Assembly (NCBI GenBank): GCA_946222995.1
Contig: CAMIOS010000009.1
Coordinates: 9,480-73,479 of the forward strand
Length of the DNA: 64,000 bases
Direction of reading: 5' to 3'
DNA from: an uncultured Enhydrobacter sp.
GTDB lineage: Bacteria > Pseudomonadota > Gammaproteobacteria > Pseudomonadales > Moraxellaceae
The position numbers and the translations under genes were made by a program. Shown in pieces: positions 49,761-60,370 of the stretch. Each line of letters opens with the position of its first letter. The first letter of the stretch is position 1. The notes beneath the pieces are model-generated. The model saw only the letters and a program-made list of their open reading frames with translations. It was not told where the DNA came from and made no database searches.

Positions 49761-51614
49761 TTATAAAAAATCCTCAATCGGCAACTTACCCAATACCCAT
49801 ACGATAATTCGCTGCATAAAACTGCTATCAGGCTCATTGGTAAAAACAGCGACAGGGTCATTGCTATTGTCTTGCCAAGTGAGTTTATCATCATGAATTG
49901 ATACCACATAGGACAGCTCTTGTTGCCATTTATCAATCATGCTATCAAGCTGACTGGCAAGCACAGGGCTTTTAATTAAAGCCCCCATCTCCGTATTAAT
50001 CGCCGCTGAACGGGGGTCAAAATTAAACGAGCCAACAAACAAAATCTCACTATCTACCGAAAACGTTTTGGCGTGTAAGCTTGCGGTGCTACGATTGAGC
50101 CAACGATGGCGGTCGCGGTGTTGGCGGCGATAATGTCGACTGGGACGATGGTGGGTTTTTCGCAGACGGATAATCGACTGTTTGCCAGCTTCAGCTTTAG
50201 GCGCTAGTTGACGGCGTTTGGATTTTAGCTCAAACAGATTAACACCCCCTTGTAGCAAGGCTTGGCGATAATGGATATAGCCTGCGTGTACCGCTAACAC
50301 ATCATTGGCAGTCAATGAGTTGGTCAAAATATTTAGCGCAATGCCTTTATGTGCCAAAGCCACAAATCGCTTGCTCCAGTCACCAGAGGGGACAAAGTAG
50401 GGTGATACAATGGTCAAACTACGTTTGGGTGTCAATAAGGTGTGTGAAATTTTATCAATCAAATGCGGTTCGTGTTGTTGGGCTTGTTGCAAAATCTGAT
50501 TGCGGTTATCGTCGTACTCTGTTAGGTCAGCGATGGATTTATATTTTGCCAAATAAGCCGCATCTTCATATTTTGAAATATGATTATGTTGCAAAAGCTT
50601 GTCGGGCAACGCTTTGGTCGGTGGGTCACTGACAAAATTGACTTCGACCCAATTAAACGTGAGTAAACCTTGATCAAACTTTTCTAAAAAATCACTGTTG
50701 TCCACTTGCTGCCGAAACAACTCGGTGATATCAGCATATTCTTTGTGCTGCAATTGGGTCAAATCCACCCTTTTATGCTTGCGAGTAATGATTTTATCAA
50801 GCGGAAAGCTGGCGTCACAATTCCAATAGCGGTCAAAATCGGTAGAAATGTCATTGACCACTTTCCCAATAGCCACCACGTCTAAATCAGCAAAATTCAT
50901 TTTTTCATTGACGCCAAAATACTCATCACCGATATTTCGCCCACCAAAAACGCTAATTTGGTTATCCACAGTAAACGATTTGTTATGCATTCGCCGATTA
51001 AGCCGTTTAAACGCCGTCAAATACCCTAAAATACGAAAGCGCCTGTTCATAAAGGGATTGAAAAGACGTACCTCGATGTTAGGGTGTTGCTGTAGGGTAT
51101 AAAGTACCGCATCCATGCCAGTGGTATTGTTATCATCAAGCAATAATCGCACTCGTACACCACGAGCGGCAGCCTGCTGTACTTCATGAAACAGCAGACG
51201 ACCAGACGCATCATCGTGCCACATATAATATTGCAAATCGAGACTTGACTCAGCAATACGAATCAATAGTAACCGTATATTTAACGCTTCCTCCCCGTCA
51301 TCAATCGGGTAGATACCTGACAAATCCGCTGCTTGCGGCGATAATGAAGGATCCAACTGGGCGGTATCGTGCTGAAAATGTGACAACAATTGACATAAGC
51401 GGTTATTTTCCCCTAAATGTCCCGAGATAAAATAACTGGCAGTCACATCGTCACGATTAGGCAGGCGGTGATTGGCAACGCCTACGATCCCCGCTAACAA
51501 ACAAAAAAGCGCCAATCCTAGCCAAACCCAATAATCATAAATCCAATATAAACCAGATAACCAGTTCGTCCAATCACTATTTAAAATATCTAAAACAATC
51601 AAGTTATTATACAA
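49761..51614 (-). CDS. Phospholipase D family protein / cardiolipin synthase-like (two HKD motifs, N-terminal TM)
   Basis: HKD-1 HNKSFTVDN and HKD-2 HAKTFSVDS. N-terminal hydrophobic anchor. A His/Arg-rich insert (HHRPSRHYRRQHRDRHR) precedes HKD-2. Confidence 0.8.
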   Translation of the reverse strand: MYNNLIVLDILNSDWTNWLSGLYWIYDYWVWLGLALFCLLAGIVGVANHRLPNRDDVTASYFISGHLGENNRLCQLLSHFQHDTAQLDPSLSPQAADLSGIYPIDDGEEALNIRLLLIRIAESSLDLQYYMWHDDASGRLLFHEVQQAAARGVRVRLLLDDNNTTGMDAVLYTLQQHPNIEVRLFNPFMNRRFRILGYLTAFKRLNRRMHNKSFTVDNQISVFGGRNIGDEYFGVNEKMNFADLDVVAIGKVVNDISTDFDRYWNCDASFPLDKIITRKHKRVDLTQLQHKEYADITELFRQQVDNSDFLEKFDQGLLTFNWVEVNFVSDPPTKALPDKLLQHNHISKYEDAAYLAKYKSIADLTEYDDNRNQILQQAQQHEPHLIDKISHTLLTPKRSLTIVSPYFVPSGDWSKRFVALAHKGIALNILTNSLTANDVLAVHAGYIHYRQALLQGGVNLFELKSKRRQLAPKAEAGKQSIIRLRKTHHRPSRHYRRQHRDRHRWLNRSTASLHAKTFSVDSEILFVGSFNFDPRSAAINTEMGALIKSPVLASQLDSMIDKWQQELSYVVSIHDDKLTWQDNSNDPVAVFTNEPDSSFMQRIIVWVLGKLPIEDFL

Positions 51615-51754
51615 ATTATTATTTCCAATTTATCAATTATAATTAAAGTACTTATGCCAGTTCTTGGGTTACTATGCAAAAAATACCGATGGGCTCAAGT
51701 TAGCCGTCGTTATTTAGTTAAGTGATTTGTAAAAATTGGAAATGACTGGGTATA

Positions 51755-52969
51755 TCAGCTTAATAATGCAACCAGTATTTGCTCATAGATTTGTGCCAGT
51801 TTTCCTAAATCATCAACTTCTACTTTTTCATCTATCTGATGAATGGTGGCATTGCGTACGCCTAACTCAACGACTTCTGTCGCTCCATGTTTGCCATTTA
51901 GCGTTGCGATAAAACGACCGTCGGATGTGCCGCCAGAGGTAGATAACTCAGTTTGTATACCCGTCACGTTTTTAATGGCGGTTTGACACGCACCGACCAA
52001 TTTACCTTGTGGCGTTAAAAACGGATTGCCAGAGAGTTTCCATTCAATGTGATAACTTGCTTGGCTATTGATAAAGTGCTTATCAAAAATCGCTTGGGTT
52101 TTTTCTTTTAATTGCGCTTCGTTGGTTTCGGTGGAAAAACGAAAATTAAATTCTGCCGTTAGGGTTTGCGGGATAACATTATTCGCGCCTGTGCCAGCGT
52201 TTAGGTTGGAAATTTGCATACTTGTGGCAGGAAAATGCTCATTACCATTGTCCCATGGTTGTTCACAAAGTTCTGCCAACGCCGCCATCGTCGCGTGTAT
52301 CGGATTGACCGCCAACTGCGGATAGGCGACATGTCCTTGCTTGCCTGTCACCGTCAAAACTCCCCCAAGTGAGCCACGACGACCGTTTTTGATCACATCG
52401 CCAAGCGTGTGCGTACTTGATGGTTCACCGACCAAACAGTAATCAATGATTTGCCCACGAGATTGCAAGGTTTCGACCACTTTGACAGTACCATTGACCG
52501 AAGGACCTTCTTCATCGGAGGTGATAAGATAGGTGATAGTGCCGTTATGCGTTGGATATTTGGTAACAAAACTTTCAACCGCGATAGTAAAGGCAGCAAT
52601 CGCAGTTTTCATGTCCGCCGCCCCGCGTCCATAAAGATAGCCGTCTTTGATGGTTGGCTCAAAGGGGGGATATGTCCATTTAGCCACATCGCCTGTCGGT
52701 ACGACATCGGTATGTCCTGCAAAGCAAATAACAGGCTCGTTGGTTTTTCCTTTTTTAACGGCAAAAAGATTTTTGACTTGCGCATTTCGCCCTGTCTCGC
52801 CTTTGTTGCCAAAGTGTAAAAATTCGCAGTCAAAGCCGCTTTTTTTTAGGCGTTGCACGAGGATATTTTGAGCGTCAAAGTCGGCGGGCGTGACCGATGG
52901 CTGTTTCATCAGTTCAATACTTAAATCAAGCGTGGCTTGCTGATATTGGTCATGTGTTAAGTTTTGCAT
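51755..52969 (-). CDS. dapE: Succinyl-diaminopimelate desuccinylase
   Basis: Aligns with E. coli DapE from MQNLTHDQ ([22 protein letters not shown]). The ORF-track start at 53035 is probably too long. Confidence 0.9.
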   Translation of the reverse strand: MQNLTHDQYQQATLDLSIELMKQPSVTPADFDAQNILVQRLKKSGFDCEFLHFGNKGETGRNAQVKNLFAVKKGKTNEPVICFAGHTDVVPTGDVAKWTYPPFEPTIKDGYLYGRGAADMKTAIAAFTIAVESFVTKYPTHNGTITYLITSDEEGPSVNGTVKVVETLQSRGQIIDYCLVGEPSSTHTLGDVIKNGRRGSLGGVLTVTGKQGHVAYPQLAVNPIHATMAALAELCEQPWDNGNEHFPATSMQISNLNAGTGANNVIPQTLTAEFNFRFSTETNEAQLKEKTQAIFDKHFINSQASYHIEWKLSGNPFLTPQGKLVGACQTAIKNVTGIQTELSTSGGTSDGRFIATLNGKHGATEVVELGVRNATIHQIDEKVEVDDLGKLAQIYEQILVALLS

Positions 52970-53126
52970 GGCTTCCCCAAAATTTGCGTTAGAGTAAGTT
53001 TTGTGAATTGTAACATTAACTTTGATAAATAACATGGCTAAAAATTATCAATGTTTTGTCAGAATTTTTGTCGATAAAAACTGCTACACTGTGGTTCTTT
53101 TTGGGTTGTCATTTGCGTGACTTTTT

Positions 53127-53729
53127 ATGAATTTCTCTACTTATCTATACGGCATGAGCGTGTCGTTTTCGCTGATTTTGGCAATAGGGGCACAAAATGC
53201 CTTTGTCTTAAAACAAGGCTTAAAACGTCAATATGTCTTTATCGTCTGTCTGATTTGTGCTTTGTCGGATGCGCTTTTGATTTCGGCGGGCGTGTTTGGT
53301 TTTGGCAAAGTGATTAGCCAATTTCCACAAGTGATTGAATTTGCAAAATATGCTGGGGCGTTATTTTTATTGTGGTATGGGGCGAAAAGTCTGTATAGTG
53401 CCTTGACCCAAACCCAATCCTTGGTTGCCAAAGGTGAAGATGTAGTAAGCTTAAAGCAAGTCGTCGCCTTGTGCGTGGCATTTACTTGGCTTAATCCGCA
53501 TGTGTATCTTGATACGGTGATTTTGCTAGGCACGATTGCATCGCAGTTTGCCGATAAACTAGCCTTTGCGTTGGGGGCGATGAGTGCATCGTTTATGTTC
53601 TTTTTTGCATTGGGATTTGGTGCAAGGTTATTACAGCCGCTCTTTGTCAAGCCAATAGCGTGGAAAGTGCTAGACGTGATGATTGGTTTGACGATGTGGG
53701 CGATTGCGTTAAGTTTGGTTTTAAACTAA
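53127..53729 (+). CDS. LysE/ArgO family amino-acid exporter
   Basis: 200 aa, 6 TM. The N-terminus SLILAIGAQNAFVLKQG matches the LysE family. Confidence 0.8.
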   Translation: MNFSTYLYGMSVSFSLILAIGAQNAFVLKQGLKRQYVFIVCLICALSDALLISAGVFGFGKVISQFPQVIEFAKYAGALFLLWYGAKSLYSALTQTQSLVAKGEDVVSLKQVVALCVAFTWLNPHVYLDTVILLGTIASQFADKLAFALGAMSASFMFFFALGFGARLLQPLFVKPIAWKVLDVMIGLTMWAIALSLVLN

Positions 53730-54356
53730 GCCATCGTTACGCAGCCCATCTTTTCTTAACCAAGTCGCAATCGAAAACCGTTCCCGATGGGTGATTGCCA
53801 CTTGATGGCGTAAGTTACTAACAAAAATCACCAAGCGATTGGCTTGTGGTTGCAATTTTTGCTCAGAACCGTTTTTATCAATCAGCAAAATCTCACCGCC
53901 ATCGTTTTCACCCCAATCATTATTGAGATAAAACACCGCCGATAGCACCCGCTCATCGCGCCCTTTGGGATTGTCGCTGTGCCACTGATAACCAAAGCCA
54001 GCAGGGTAGCGCGCATAATGCGCTTCACATTGGCGTATTCCTGTATAAAGCGTGCGATTAAAAAACTGCCCCAAACTGTCAATCGCTTGCAAATATTGCA
54101 CACCGACAGGACACAGATTATCTATCCAGCGAATACTATCGCCTCGAATGTCAGTCACTCGCTCGCCTTGGGTTAAATGGGCATCTTGATACGCAATCAG
54201 TCCACTCTCTTTTTGTAAGGCGTTAAAAAATATTTTATCAAAACACTCATCAAGCACGATAAAACCATGATCGACAAAGCTGTCGAGTTTGTTATCATCA
54301 ATCAAATCCTGCCAATTGGGATGGTCAAAGTTAAAAAAAGTCATTTTAACACCCAT
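53721..54356 (-). CDS. 2OG-Fe(II) oxygenase superfamily protein (prolyl-4-hydroxylase-like)
   Basis: HxD...H facial triad (WHSDN...RHQV) in a double-stranded beta-helix context. 9-nt convergent overlap with the exporter gene. Confidence 0.7.
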   Translation of the reverse strand: MGVKMTFFNFDHPNWQDLIDDNKLDSFVDHGFIVLDECFDKIFFNALQKESGLIAYQDAHLTQGERVTDIRGDSIRWIDNLCPVGVQYLQAIDSLGQFFNRTLYTGIRQCEAHYARYPAGFGYQWHSDNPKGRDERVLSAVFYLNNDWGENDGGEILLIDKNGSEQKLQPQANRLVIFVSNLRHQVAITHRERFSIATWLRKDGLRNDGLV

Positions 54357-54471
54357 AAATTTTTTATTAAAACCGTTTTAGCCAAAGCGGTGCTTGCAAA
54401 AATTCGCCTATTTTTGATAGCTATGCTACCATACAACCTAATTTTTAACCTATCAATTGGCGACGTTTTTC

Positions 54472-55368
54472 ATGAATTATTTACACAGCTACCATGCAGG
54501 CAACTTTGCCGATGTGGTCAAACACATTCTTTTATTGCAATTGCTTGAACAGCTTAGTCAAAAACCCAAGCCGTTTTATACGCTTGATGCATATGGCGGG
54601 CGCGGACTGTATTCATTGATCAGCGATGAAGCTAAAAAAACCGCAGAAGCCGCGCGGGGTATTACTAAGCTTATCGAGCACGTCAATGCCAATAATGCAA
54701 ATCCTAATCAAGCCGTTCCGCAAGCGGTACAGACGTACCTTGATGATATTAACTTTGCTAAGAAAGTCTATGATAAACATGTCTATCCTGGCTCGCCGTG
54801 GTTTATTGCTCATCATATTGAAAAACATGACGATATCAAAAACCGTGCCGAAGCCTTTGAATTTAAAGCCGATGAGTACGATGCGTTAAATTACCAATTG
54901 CACCAATTGCCGATTGGTATTCAACATCGCAATGCCTATGAAGGCATTTTGGCAGTGATTCCGCCCGCCGAAAAACGGGGGTTGATTTTGATTGACCCGC
55001 CGTTTGAACAAGAACATCGTGATTTTAGCTCGTTGGTCGATTTACTGGCTAAAGCCCATAAAAAATGGGCAACCGGCGTGTATGCGCTATGGTATCCGCT
55101 CAAAAATACCGATGCCGTTGAACTATTTTATAAAAAAATGAAACGCACCGACATTCGCCGTCAATTGGTACTGGAACTCAATGTTTATCCACCCGATTTA
55201 CCGATGGGACTCAATGGGACAGGGATGCTTATTATCAATCCGCCATATCAATTTGATAGTAAAGCCGAAGAAATTTTGCAATACCTTCAGCCGATTTTGC
55301 AACATCCAGACAGCCCGATGATGTCAGTTGAACAACGTACCAAAGTACAATGGCTCGTTGGCGAATGA
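54472..55368 (+). CDS. rlmJ: 23S rRNA (adenine2030-N6)-methyltransferase
   Basis: MNYLHSYHAGNFADVVKH matches the RlmJ N-terminus. DPPFE catalytic motif. Confidence 0.85.
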   Translation: MNYLHSYHAGNFADVVKHILLLQLLEQLSQKPKPFYTLDAYGGRGLYSLISDEAKKTAEAARGITKLIEHVNANNANPNQAVPQAVQTYLDDINFAKKVYDKHVYPGSPWFIAHHIEKHDDIKNRAEAFEFKADEYDALNYQLHQLPIGIQHRNAYEGILAVIPPAEKRGLILIDPPFEQEHRDFSSLVDLLAKAHKKWATGVYALWYPLKNTDAVELFYKKMKRTDIRRQLVLELNVYPPDLPMGLNGTGMLIINPPYQFDSKAEEILQYLQPILQHPDSPMMSVEQRTKVQWLVGE

Positions 55369-55395
55369 TTTAAAATATAAAAACTGGGGCATACC

Positions 55396-56271
55396 ATGAG
55401 CCAAAAAGTTAATAAGCCAGACTTACAACCCACGTTGGATAAAACGCTCAAATCTGAACACGAGCAATTGTATCAAATGGCGGGGCAGGATGACTATGAC
55501 GGCCTGACCTTTGAAGTCATCGAAAATGAAAAAGTCGCTGATAAGACCATTGCCCAAAAAGGCGTGTATTTAATTCCCAATTCATTTACGCTGCTGTCGT
55601 TATTGGCAGGATTTTATGCGATTTTAATTAGCTCGCAAGGGCATTTTATGCACGCATGTGTGGCGATTTTTATTTCAGCAATTTTGGATGGGATGGATGG
55701 GCGTACCGCCCGCATGCTCAATGCTCAAAGTGCCTTTGGTGAACAGCTTGATAGCCTTGCCGATTGTATTGCGTTCGGGCTAACCCCTGCGGTATTGATT
55801 TATCATTATGCCTTGCAACCGCTTGGACGTATTGGCATTGCCTGTGCCTTTGTGTATGCAGCGTGTGCGGCGTTGCGTTTGGCTCGTTTTAATGTGCAAA
55901 TTGGCGTGGTTGATAAAAAATATTTTATTGGTGTGGCAAGCCCACTGGCGGCGATTTTAATCGCAACCTATGTGATGGTAACCCATGATTACCCTAACGC
56001 CTTGCCTCGTAAGGGTTTAACCCTGCAAATATTATCTGCCGTATGGACGCTCGCAGCGGGTTTGTTGATGGTAAGTAACCTTAAATATTATAGTTTTAAA
56101 GAGTTTGACAAAAAACGCGTACCGTTTGTCATGCTGATTTTAATTGTGTTTGTGTTGGGGATTGTGCTGTATGATATTCCCGCAGGCTTGCTGGCAATTA
56201 GTGTGATTTATGCGATGTCGGGCATTGTGTCGGCAATTTGGAATAAAATAAAACGTCCTACTAGCGCTTGA
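55396..56271 (+). CDS. pssA: CDP-diacylglycerol--serine O-phosphatidyltransferase (CDP-alcohol phosphatidyltransferase family)
   Basis: DGMDGRTARMLNAQSAFGEQLDSLAD is the CDP-OH transferase signature. Multi-TM. Confidence 0.85.
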   Translation: MSQKVNKPDLQPTLDKTLKSEHEQLYQMAGQDDYDGLTFEVIENEKVADKTIAQKGVYLIPNSFTLLSLLAGFYAILISSQGHFMHACVAIFISAILDGMDGRTARMLNAQSAFGEQLDSLADCIAFGLTPAVLIYHYALQPLGRIGIACAFVYAACAALRLARFNVQIGVVDKKYFIGVASPLAAILIATYVMVTHDYPNALPRKGLTLQILSAVWTLAAGLLMVSNLKYYSFKEFDKKRVPFVMLILIVFVLGIVLYDIPAGLLAISVIYAMSGIVSAIWNKIKRPTSA

Positions 56272-56276
56272 TTCAT

Positions 56277-56300
56277 AAAGGTGCCAAAAATAGCACCTTT
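56277..56300. terminator. Hairpin between the convergent pssA and uup (AAAGGTGC-CAAAAATA-GCACCTTT)
   Basis: 8-bp perfect stem. Flanking runs are weak. Confidence 0.45.
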
Positions 56301-56314
56301 GTTATATTAAAAAA

Positions 56315-58282
56315 TTAACCATCCAACTCTGACCATCGCTCCATTTTTTCAAGCAATAAGTCATCAATTTTTTCCAGTCTTTGACTGGCTTTGGTGGCAT
56401 TTTCCATATCGCTAATAAACCAACTACCATCCGCCAGTTTGGTTTGTAATTCAGCTTGCTCTGCTTCGAGTTCGGCAATTTCTTTTGGCAAACTATCAAG
56501 TTCGCGTTGTTCTTTATAACTCAATTTTTTCTTTGCTGTTGTTTCGGCTTTGGCAGCTTCTTTAACAGGCTGTGCTTTTGGCTTTTCTATTTTTTCGGTT
56601 TTTTCTTTGGGCTTATTAGCCTCTTCACGTTGTTTTTGAACCAGATAGTCTTGATAGCCACCGACATATTCTTTAACGATGCCATTGCCCTCAGCGTCTT
56701 CATTAAACACCCAAGTGGATGTGACCACATTGTCCATAAAGGTACGGTCATGGCTGATGAGTAAAATCGTACCATTAAAGCTGTCCACCGCTTCCTCTAA
56801 CAGTTCAAGCGTCGCCATGTCCAAGTCATTGGTTGGCTCATCTAACACCAAAATATTGGCAGGCTTGAGCAGTTGTTTGGCAAGTAATACCCGATTACGC
56901 TCGCCGCCCGATAATGCTTTGACTGGCGTTCTGGCGCGCTCAGGGGCAAATAAAAAATCTTGTAAATAACCGATGATATGTTTCTTTTTACCTGCCACTT
57001 CGACATAGTCTGAGCCTTCGGCAACATTTTGCACCACGGTTGCTTCAAGGTTGAGTTGGTCACGCAACTGGTCAAGAAAGGCGATTTGCAAATTCGTGCC
57101 AAGCGTTACCGAGCCTGTTTTACTAATTTCGGGTTGGTCGATGCCCAACTGTTGTGAAAAGATGGCATGAATCAAGGTCGATTTACCCACGCCATTTTTG
57201 CCGATAATGCCGATTCTATCGCCTCGCATGATGGTGGTGTTAAAATCTTTGACCAAAATTTTGTCGCCATACGCCAAATTCAAGTGCTTGACATTGGCAA
57301 CGAGTTTACCGCTGGTTTCACCATCATTCATGCTGATATTGACTTGTCCGACTTGCTCACGACGCGCTCTGCGTTCTTCACGCAATGCTTTTAACGCCCG
57401 TACCCGTCCTTCGTTGCGAGTGCGGCGCGCCTTGATCCCTTGACGAATCCACACTTCTTCCTCCGCCAATTTTTTATCAAAGTTAGCGTTGGCTTTGTCC
57501 TCGGCAGCAAGCTGCATTTCTTTGAGTTCTTGATAGCGGGCATAGCCCCTGTGATTTTTTGATAAGTCGCCCTGCGTCACGTCATAGCTACGCAAAATGC
57601 CACGGTCAAGCTCGACAATGCGGGTGGCGATTTTGTCGATAAATGAGCGGTCATGCGAAATAAATAATAGCGTCAAGCCTTGGGCATTTAATAAAAACTG
57701 CTCGAGCCATTCGATACTCTCAACATCCAAATGGTTGGTCGGCTCGTCAAGCAACAATACATCAGGCTTAGTAATTAAAGCACGGGCAAGTAACACACGG
57801 CGTTTACGCCCGCCCGACAGTTCACTAATATCTGCCTCGCCATCGAGTCCCATCATCGACAGCATGGTCTGAACCTCTCGGGTCAAATCCCAACCGTGTT
57901 TATCATCGATTTTGTGCTGTAACTCTGCCATCAAGTCACACGCCTTCATATCCCCCTCGGCACATTTCATACTGGCGTTGTCATACTGTTTTAGCCAGTT
58001 TGCCACATCGCCCGCACCCGCCATAACAATATCGGTCACTTTGCCTGTGGTTTCGGGAATATCTTGTTCGAGCATGGCGATTTTGAGGTCGCCATTTATT
58101 TGAAATTCGCCACTATCGGGCTTAACTTGCCCATTAATGACTTTAAACAAGGTTGATTTGCCTTCGCCATTGCGCCCTATTAGACACACGCGTTCGCCTG
58201 GCTCAATATTAAAATCCACGCCATCAAGCACAGGTGCGACGCCAAACGCCAAATGAATATCTCGTAAATGAATTAACGCCAT
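56315..58282 (-). CDS. uup: ABC-F family ATPase Uup
   Basis: Two ABC ATPase domains (two Walker A, two LSGG signatures) plus a C-terminal coiled-coil/DNA-binding tail. No TM domain. Confidence 0.85.
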   Translation of the reverse strand: MALIHLRDIHLAFGVAPVLDGVDFNIEPGERVCLIGRNGEGKSTLFKVINGQVKPDSGEFQINGDLKIAMLEQDIPETTGKVTDIVMAGAGDVANWLKQYDNASMKCAEGDMKACDLMAELQHKIDDKHGWDLTREVQTMLSMMGLDGEADISELSGGRKRRVLLARALITKPDVLLLDEPTNHLDVESIEWLEQFLLNAQGLTLLFISHDRSFIDKIATRIVELDRGILRSYDVTQGDLSKNHRGYARYQELKEMQLAAEDKANANFDKKLAEEEVWIRQGIKARRTRNEGRVRALKALREERRARREQVGQVNISMNDGETSGKLVANVKHLNLAYGDKILVKDFNTTIMRGDRIGIIGKNGVGKSTLIHAIFSQQLGIDQPEISKTGSVTLGTNLQIAFLDQLRDQLNLEATVVQNVAEGSDYVEVAGKKKHIIGYLQDFLFAPERARTPVKALSGGERNRVLLAKQLLKPANILVLDEPTNDLDMATLELLEEAVDSFNGTILLISHDRTFMDNVVTSTWVFNEDAEGNGIVKEYVGGYQDYLVQKQREEANKPKEKTEKIEKPKAQPVKEAAKAETTAKKKLSYKEQRELDSLPKEIAELEAEQAELQTKLADGSWFISDMENATKASQRLEKIDDLLLEKMERWSELDG

Positions 58283-58355
58283 AAAATTCTCAAGTAATTA
58301 TCTTTGATTAAAAAATGTTTGTATAATAGCAAAATCCGGTTATTGTAACAGAAAA

Positions 58356-58634
58356 TTGGGGCAAAACTTGATGACAAAAAAACAAAACCATGAAGAATTG
58401 ATGATGACTGAAAAAATGGCAGCATTAGAACAAAAAATGATTGATTTACAAACGCAAGTGGCTTTTATGGAAGATACCATTGATAAACTCGATACCATTG
58501 TCACCGAACAAAGTCAATTAATCACCGACCAACAACGCCAATTGCAACTATTGTATCAAAAGTTAGAAAGCCAAATGCAAGGCTCGCAGATTCAGCCGTT
58601 TCATTTGCTAAATGATAAGCCACCGCATTATTGA
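58356..58634 (+). CDS. slyX: SlyX family protein
   Basis: Coiled-coil LEQKMIDLQTQVAFMEDTIDKLD and a C-terminal ...KPPHY typical of SlyX. Confidence 0.75.
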   Translation: MGQNLMTKKQNHEELMMTEKMAALEQKMIDLQTQVAFMEDTIDKLDTIVTEQSQLITDQQRQLQLLYQKLESQMQGSQIQPFHLLNDKPPHY

Positions 58635-58880
58635 TTTTGTATGATCCTACCTTGGTATTGAGCGTATAGAATATCGGCAAACTCTAATTCATTTCTGCCA
58701 AACGTTTAAACGTTTGACGATGGGTGCGTAACACCAGGTTGGTTTCTGATTTTACAATTTGCATACCATAAACACCTGATAAATCGAGTTTTTAGTTGGC
58801 TTGATTGCTGGGCGGTTAACAATTTTTACACCATATTTTTCTAATTTTTCGCTCATATTTACCTCTTTTTATTGGGTAAT

Positions 58881-58920
58881 AAAAAACCACTATAACATAA
58901 TTTTATTATAGCGGTTTTAT
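58881..58920. terminator. Probable bidirectional terminator between slyX and the DAHP synthase gene
   Basis: AAAAAACCACTATAA-(10-nt loop)-TTATAGCGGTTTTAT: stem with one mismatch, A/T runs on both sides. Confidence 0.5.
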
Positions 58921-58940
58921 TCAACTAATGGCTAAAAAAA

Positions 58941-60038
58941 TCAGTCATTCAATTCACGAGTGGGCAACACATCTTTGACCGCATCACGCAAATCATGCAT
59001 CGCTTTTACCGTGGTATCCCAATCAATACAACCATCGGTAATCGATTTACCGTATTCAAGTTTGCTCAAATCAGATGTTAAATCTTGACGACCGCCTTTA
59101 AGATGACTTTCGACCATCAACCCAATAATTGAGCGATTGCCATTCTTGATTTGCTCGGCAATATTTTGAATGACCATCGGCTGCAAATAGGGGTCTTTAT
59201 TAGAATTGGCATGACTCGAATCCACCATGATTTTGCCCGATACCTTGCCTTTGGCAAGTTCATTTTCAGCTTGAGCCACCGCAGTCGCATCATAGTTTGG
59301 CTTGCCATTGCCGCCACGCAACACCACGTGACCATAAGGATTGCCTTTAGATTTGATGATTGACACGCGACCATCAGCTGATAAGCCTAAAAAGCTATGC
59401 CCCGATTTCACCGCTTGCATGGCATTGACCGCAACTGTCATCCCGCCATCGGTGCCATTTTTAAAGCCCACAGGACAGGATAAACCCGACGACATTTCAC
59501 GGTGGGTTTGGCTTTCAGTAGTGCGAGCGCCAATTGCTGACCAGCTTATTAAATCTTGAATATATTGCGGGGTGTTTGGATCAAGGGCTTCAGTGGCACA
59601 TGGCAAGCCTTTTTCATTTAAATCAAGCAGTAATTGACGGGCAACTCGCAAGCCTTTATTGATATCAAAGCTGTCATTCATGTCTGGGTCATTGATCAGT
59701 CCTTTCCAGCCGACCGTCGTACGCGGTTTTTCAAAGTATACCCGCATCACCACATAGATACTGTCTTCAATTTCTTTGGATAAAGTCAATAATTTATCCG
59801 CATATTCATGAGCTGCTTTGACATCGTGAATGGAACAAGGTCCAATGACCATCAGTAAGCGTTTATCCTTACCATCAAGAATATTTCGGACAGTTTCCCG
59901 CCCTTTTTTGACAGTTTCAATGGCTTTTGGGGTCAAGGGAAGTTCGGTTTTAAGTTCGGCTGGCGTGACCAGCGGTAAGATAGCTTCAAGATTCACGTTA
60001 TCAACGTCGGCAATATCAGTTTTGGCAAAAGTTGTCAT
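58941..60038 (-). CDS. aroG: 3-deoxy-7-phosphoheptulonate (DAHP) synthase, class I
   Basis: Full-length match to the AroG/F/H family (KRLLMVIGPCSIHD, ...GARTTESQ...). The paralogue/regulatory specificity is not assignable. Confidence 0.9.
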   Translation of the reverse strand: MTTFAKTDIADVDNVNLEAILPLVTPAELKTELPLTPKAIETVKKGRETVRNILDGKDKRLLMVIGPCSIHDVKAAHEYADKLLTLSKEIEDSIYVVMRVYFEKPRTTVGWKGLINDPDMNDSFDINKGLRVARQLLLDLNEKGLPCATEALDPNTPQYIQDLISWSAIGARTTESQTHREMSSGLSCPVGFKNGTDGGMTVAVNAMQAVKSGHSFLGLSADGRVSIIKSKGNPYGHVVLRGGNGKPNYDATAVAQAENELAKGKVSGKIMVDSSHANSNKDPYLQPMVIQNIAEQIKNGNRSIIGLMVESHLKGGRQDLTSDLSKLEYGKSITDGCIDWDTTVKAMHDLRDAVKDVLPTRELND

Positions 60039-60049
60039 AATTTCTACAA

Positions 60050-60078
60050 TGTTTCTCTAAAATGTGTTTCTCTAAAAT
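60050..60078. repeat. Two tandem 14-bp direct repeats (TGTTTCTCTAAAAT, period 15) in the 5' leader immediately upstream of the DAHP synthase start
   Basis: Seen directly at 60050-60063 and 60065-60078, 12-40 nt upstream of the ATG at 60038. Confidence 0.4.
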
Positions 60079-60370
60079 TTACGGTCAAAATGTTGAATAA
60101 AAAGTTAATCATTTACTATAAACCAAAAAAAATGTTATGTCATTATCAGAATGGCATAGAACGCTTACTTTTAGTTTATCTAATAACAAAAAAAATTATG
60201 GTTAAAAAAATAGCGCAAATTTCGTTTCAATATACTAGTACAAAATAACAAGCCTGTCAAAATTTTTTCCAATTTTTAAAAAAGTATCAAAAACTGTCTG
60301 ATGGTTTTACTTTTTGTCCATTTCAACATACAATCTTATAGTCTTTCGCTCATCATTATCAAGGCTTACC

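Noticed and set aside
60039-60100. TyrR box upstream of the DAHP synthase gene
   Set aside because: The tandem repeat TGTTTCTCTAAAAT does not fit TGTAAA-N6-TTTACA. Only the repeat itself is reported.
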